Shown: positions 62,980 to 64,000 of the stretch, piece by piece
Position numbering within the stretch: position 1 is the stretch's first letter
Layout of the letters: each line of letters opens with the position of its first letter
From: Mobula hypostoma
Lineage: Eukaryota
Length of the DNA: 64,000 nucleotides
Direction: 5' to 3'
Assembly: GCF_963921235.1 (NCBI RefSeq)
Contig: NC_086102.1
Coordinates: forward strand, 136,958,001-137,022,000
Notes under the pieces: model-generated
Database searches by the model: none
Told to the model about the DNA's origin: nothing
What the model saw: the letters and a program-made list of their open reading frames with translations, nothing else
Position numbers and translations under genes: made by a program

Positions 62980-63921
62980 GCATAGAACATAGAAAACATA
63001 CAGCACAATACAGGCCCTTCGACCCACAAAGCTATGCTGAACATGTCCCTACCTTAGAACTACCTATGCTTTACCCATAGCCCTCTATTTTTCGAAGCTC
63101 CATGTAGCCATCCAGGAGTCTCTTAAAAGACCCTATCATTTCCGCCGCCACCGGCAGCCCATTCCACACACTTACCGCTCTCTGCGTTAAAAAGCTAACC
63201 CTGACATCTCCTCTGTACCTACTTCCAAGCACCTTAAAACTATACCCTCTCATGCTAGCCATTTCAGCCCTAGGGAAAAGCCTCTGAGTATCCACACGAT
63301 CAATGTCTCTCATTATCTTGTACACCTCTATCAGGTCACCTCTCATCCTCCGTAGCTCCAAGGAGAAAAGGCCAAGTTCACTCAACCTATTCTCGTAAAT
63401 CATGCTCCCCAATTCAGAAACATCCTTGTAAATCTCCTCTGCACCCCTTTCTATGGTTTCCACATCCTTCCTGTAGTGAGGCGACCAGAATTGAGCACAG
63501 TACGCCAAGTAGGATCTGACCAGGGTCCTATATAGCTGCAACATTACCTCTCGGCTCTTGAACTCAGTCCCACGATTGATGAAGGCCAATGCAGAGTCAA
63601 CCTGCATAGCAGCTTTGAGTGTCCTACGGACTTGGACCCCAAGATCCCTCTGATCCTCCACACTGCTATATTCTGCCATCATTTTTGACCTACCAAGATG
63701 AACCACCTCACACTTATCTGGGTTGAACTCCATCTGCTACTCTCAGCCCAGTTTTGCATCCTATCAATGTCCTGTTGTAACCTCTGACAGCCCTCCACAC
63801 TATCCGCAACACCCCCAACCTTTGTGTCATCAGAAAATTTACCCATCCCTCCACTTCCTCATCCAGGTCATTTATAAAAATCACAAAGAGTAGGGGTCCC
63901 AGAACAGATCCCTGAGGCACA
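62980..63921 (-). mobile_element. CR1 LINE 3' fragment
   Basis: ORFs 63714-63974 (VPQGSVLGPLLFVIFINDLD) and 63071-63733. Confidence 0.9.
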
Positions 63922-64000
63922 CTTAAATCTGATATATCTGTTTCTGACTCTGATTTTAATTTTCCAGGCATCATTCCAGTAACACTAACCTTAACTCTTC

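Noticed and set aside
1-64000. CRISPR arrays, tRNA/rRNA genes or prokaryotic systems
   Set aside because: None seen; the recurring 45-nt units are spliceosomal exons separated by introns, and the sequence is vertebrate

Overview
Vertebrate genomic DNA, most likely a cartilaginous fish (ray/shark-type CR1, Rex/Babar and Penelope repeats; taxon inferred from repeat content only). Most ORF-track entries are transposon fragments or noise. The real gene content is spliced and largely invisible to the track: a minus-strand tandem array of secreted phosphoprotein 24 (SPP2/spp24)-like genes. Copy A (339-6068) and copy C (49693-55451) each reconstruct as an intact 10-exon, 225-aa CDS with GT-AG junctions. 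Copy B (28185-33362) has two frame-breaking lesions, and a fourth unit survives only as a 3'-UTR remnant (~22090-25390). Each protein has a signal peptide, one SPP2-type cystatin domain and a tail built from five 45-48-nt phase-0 mini-exons encoding S-x-E-rich repeats (consensus xxSKSKETSLEESSN). This resembles the SCPP mineralization-gene design but on a cystatin/SPP2 scaffold. Intergenic DNA holds an apparently pol-less ERV (tRNA-Ser-type PBS, gamma-type env), two solo LTRs, an RTE LINE with a 12-bp TSD, Tc1 and hAT-Charlie transposons, and Penelope repeats carrying minimal hammerhead ribozyme motifs. Exon coordinates were counted by hand; TE boundaries are approximate unless a TSD or TIR is cited.
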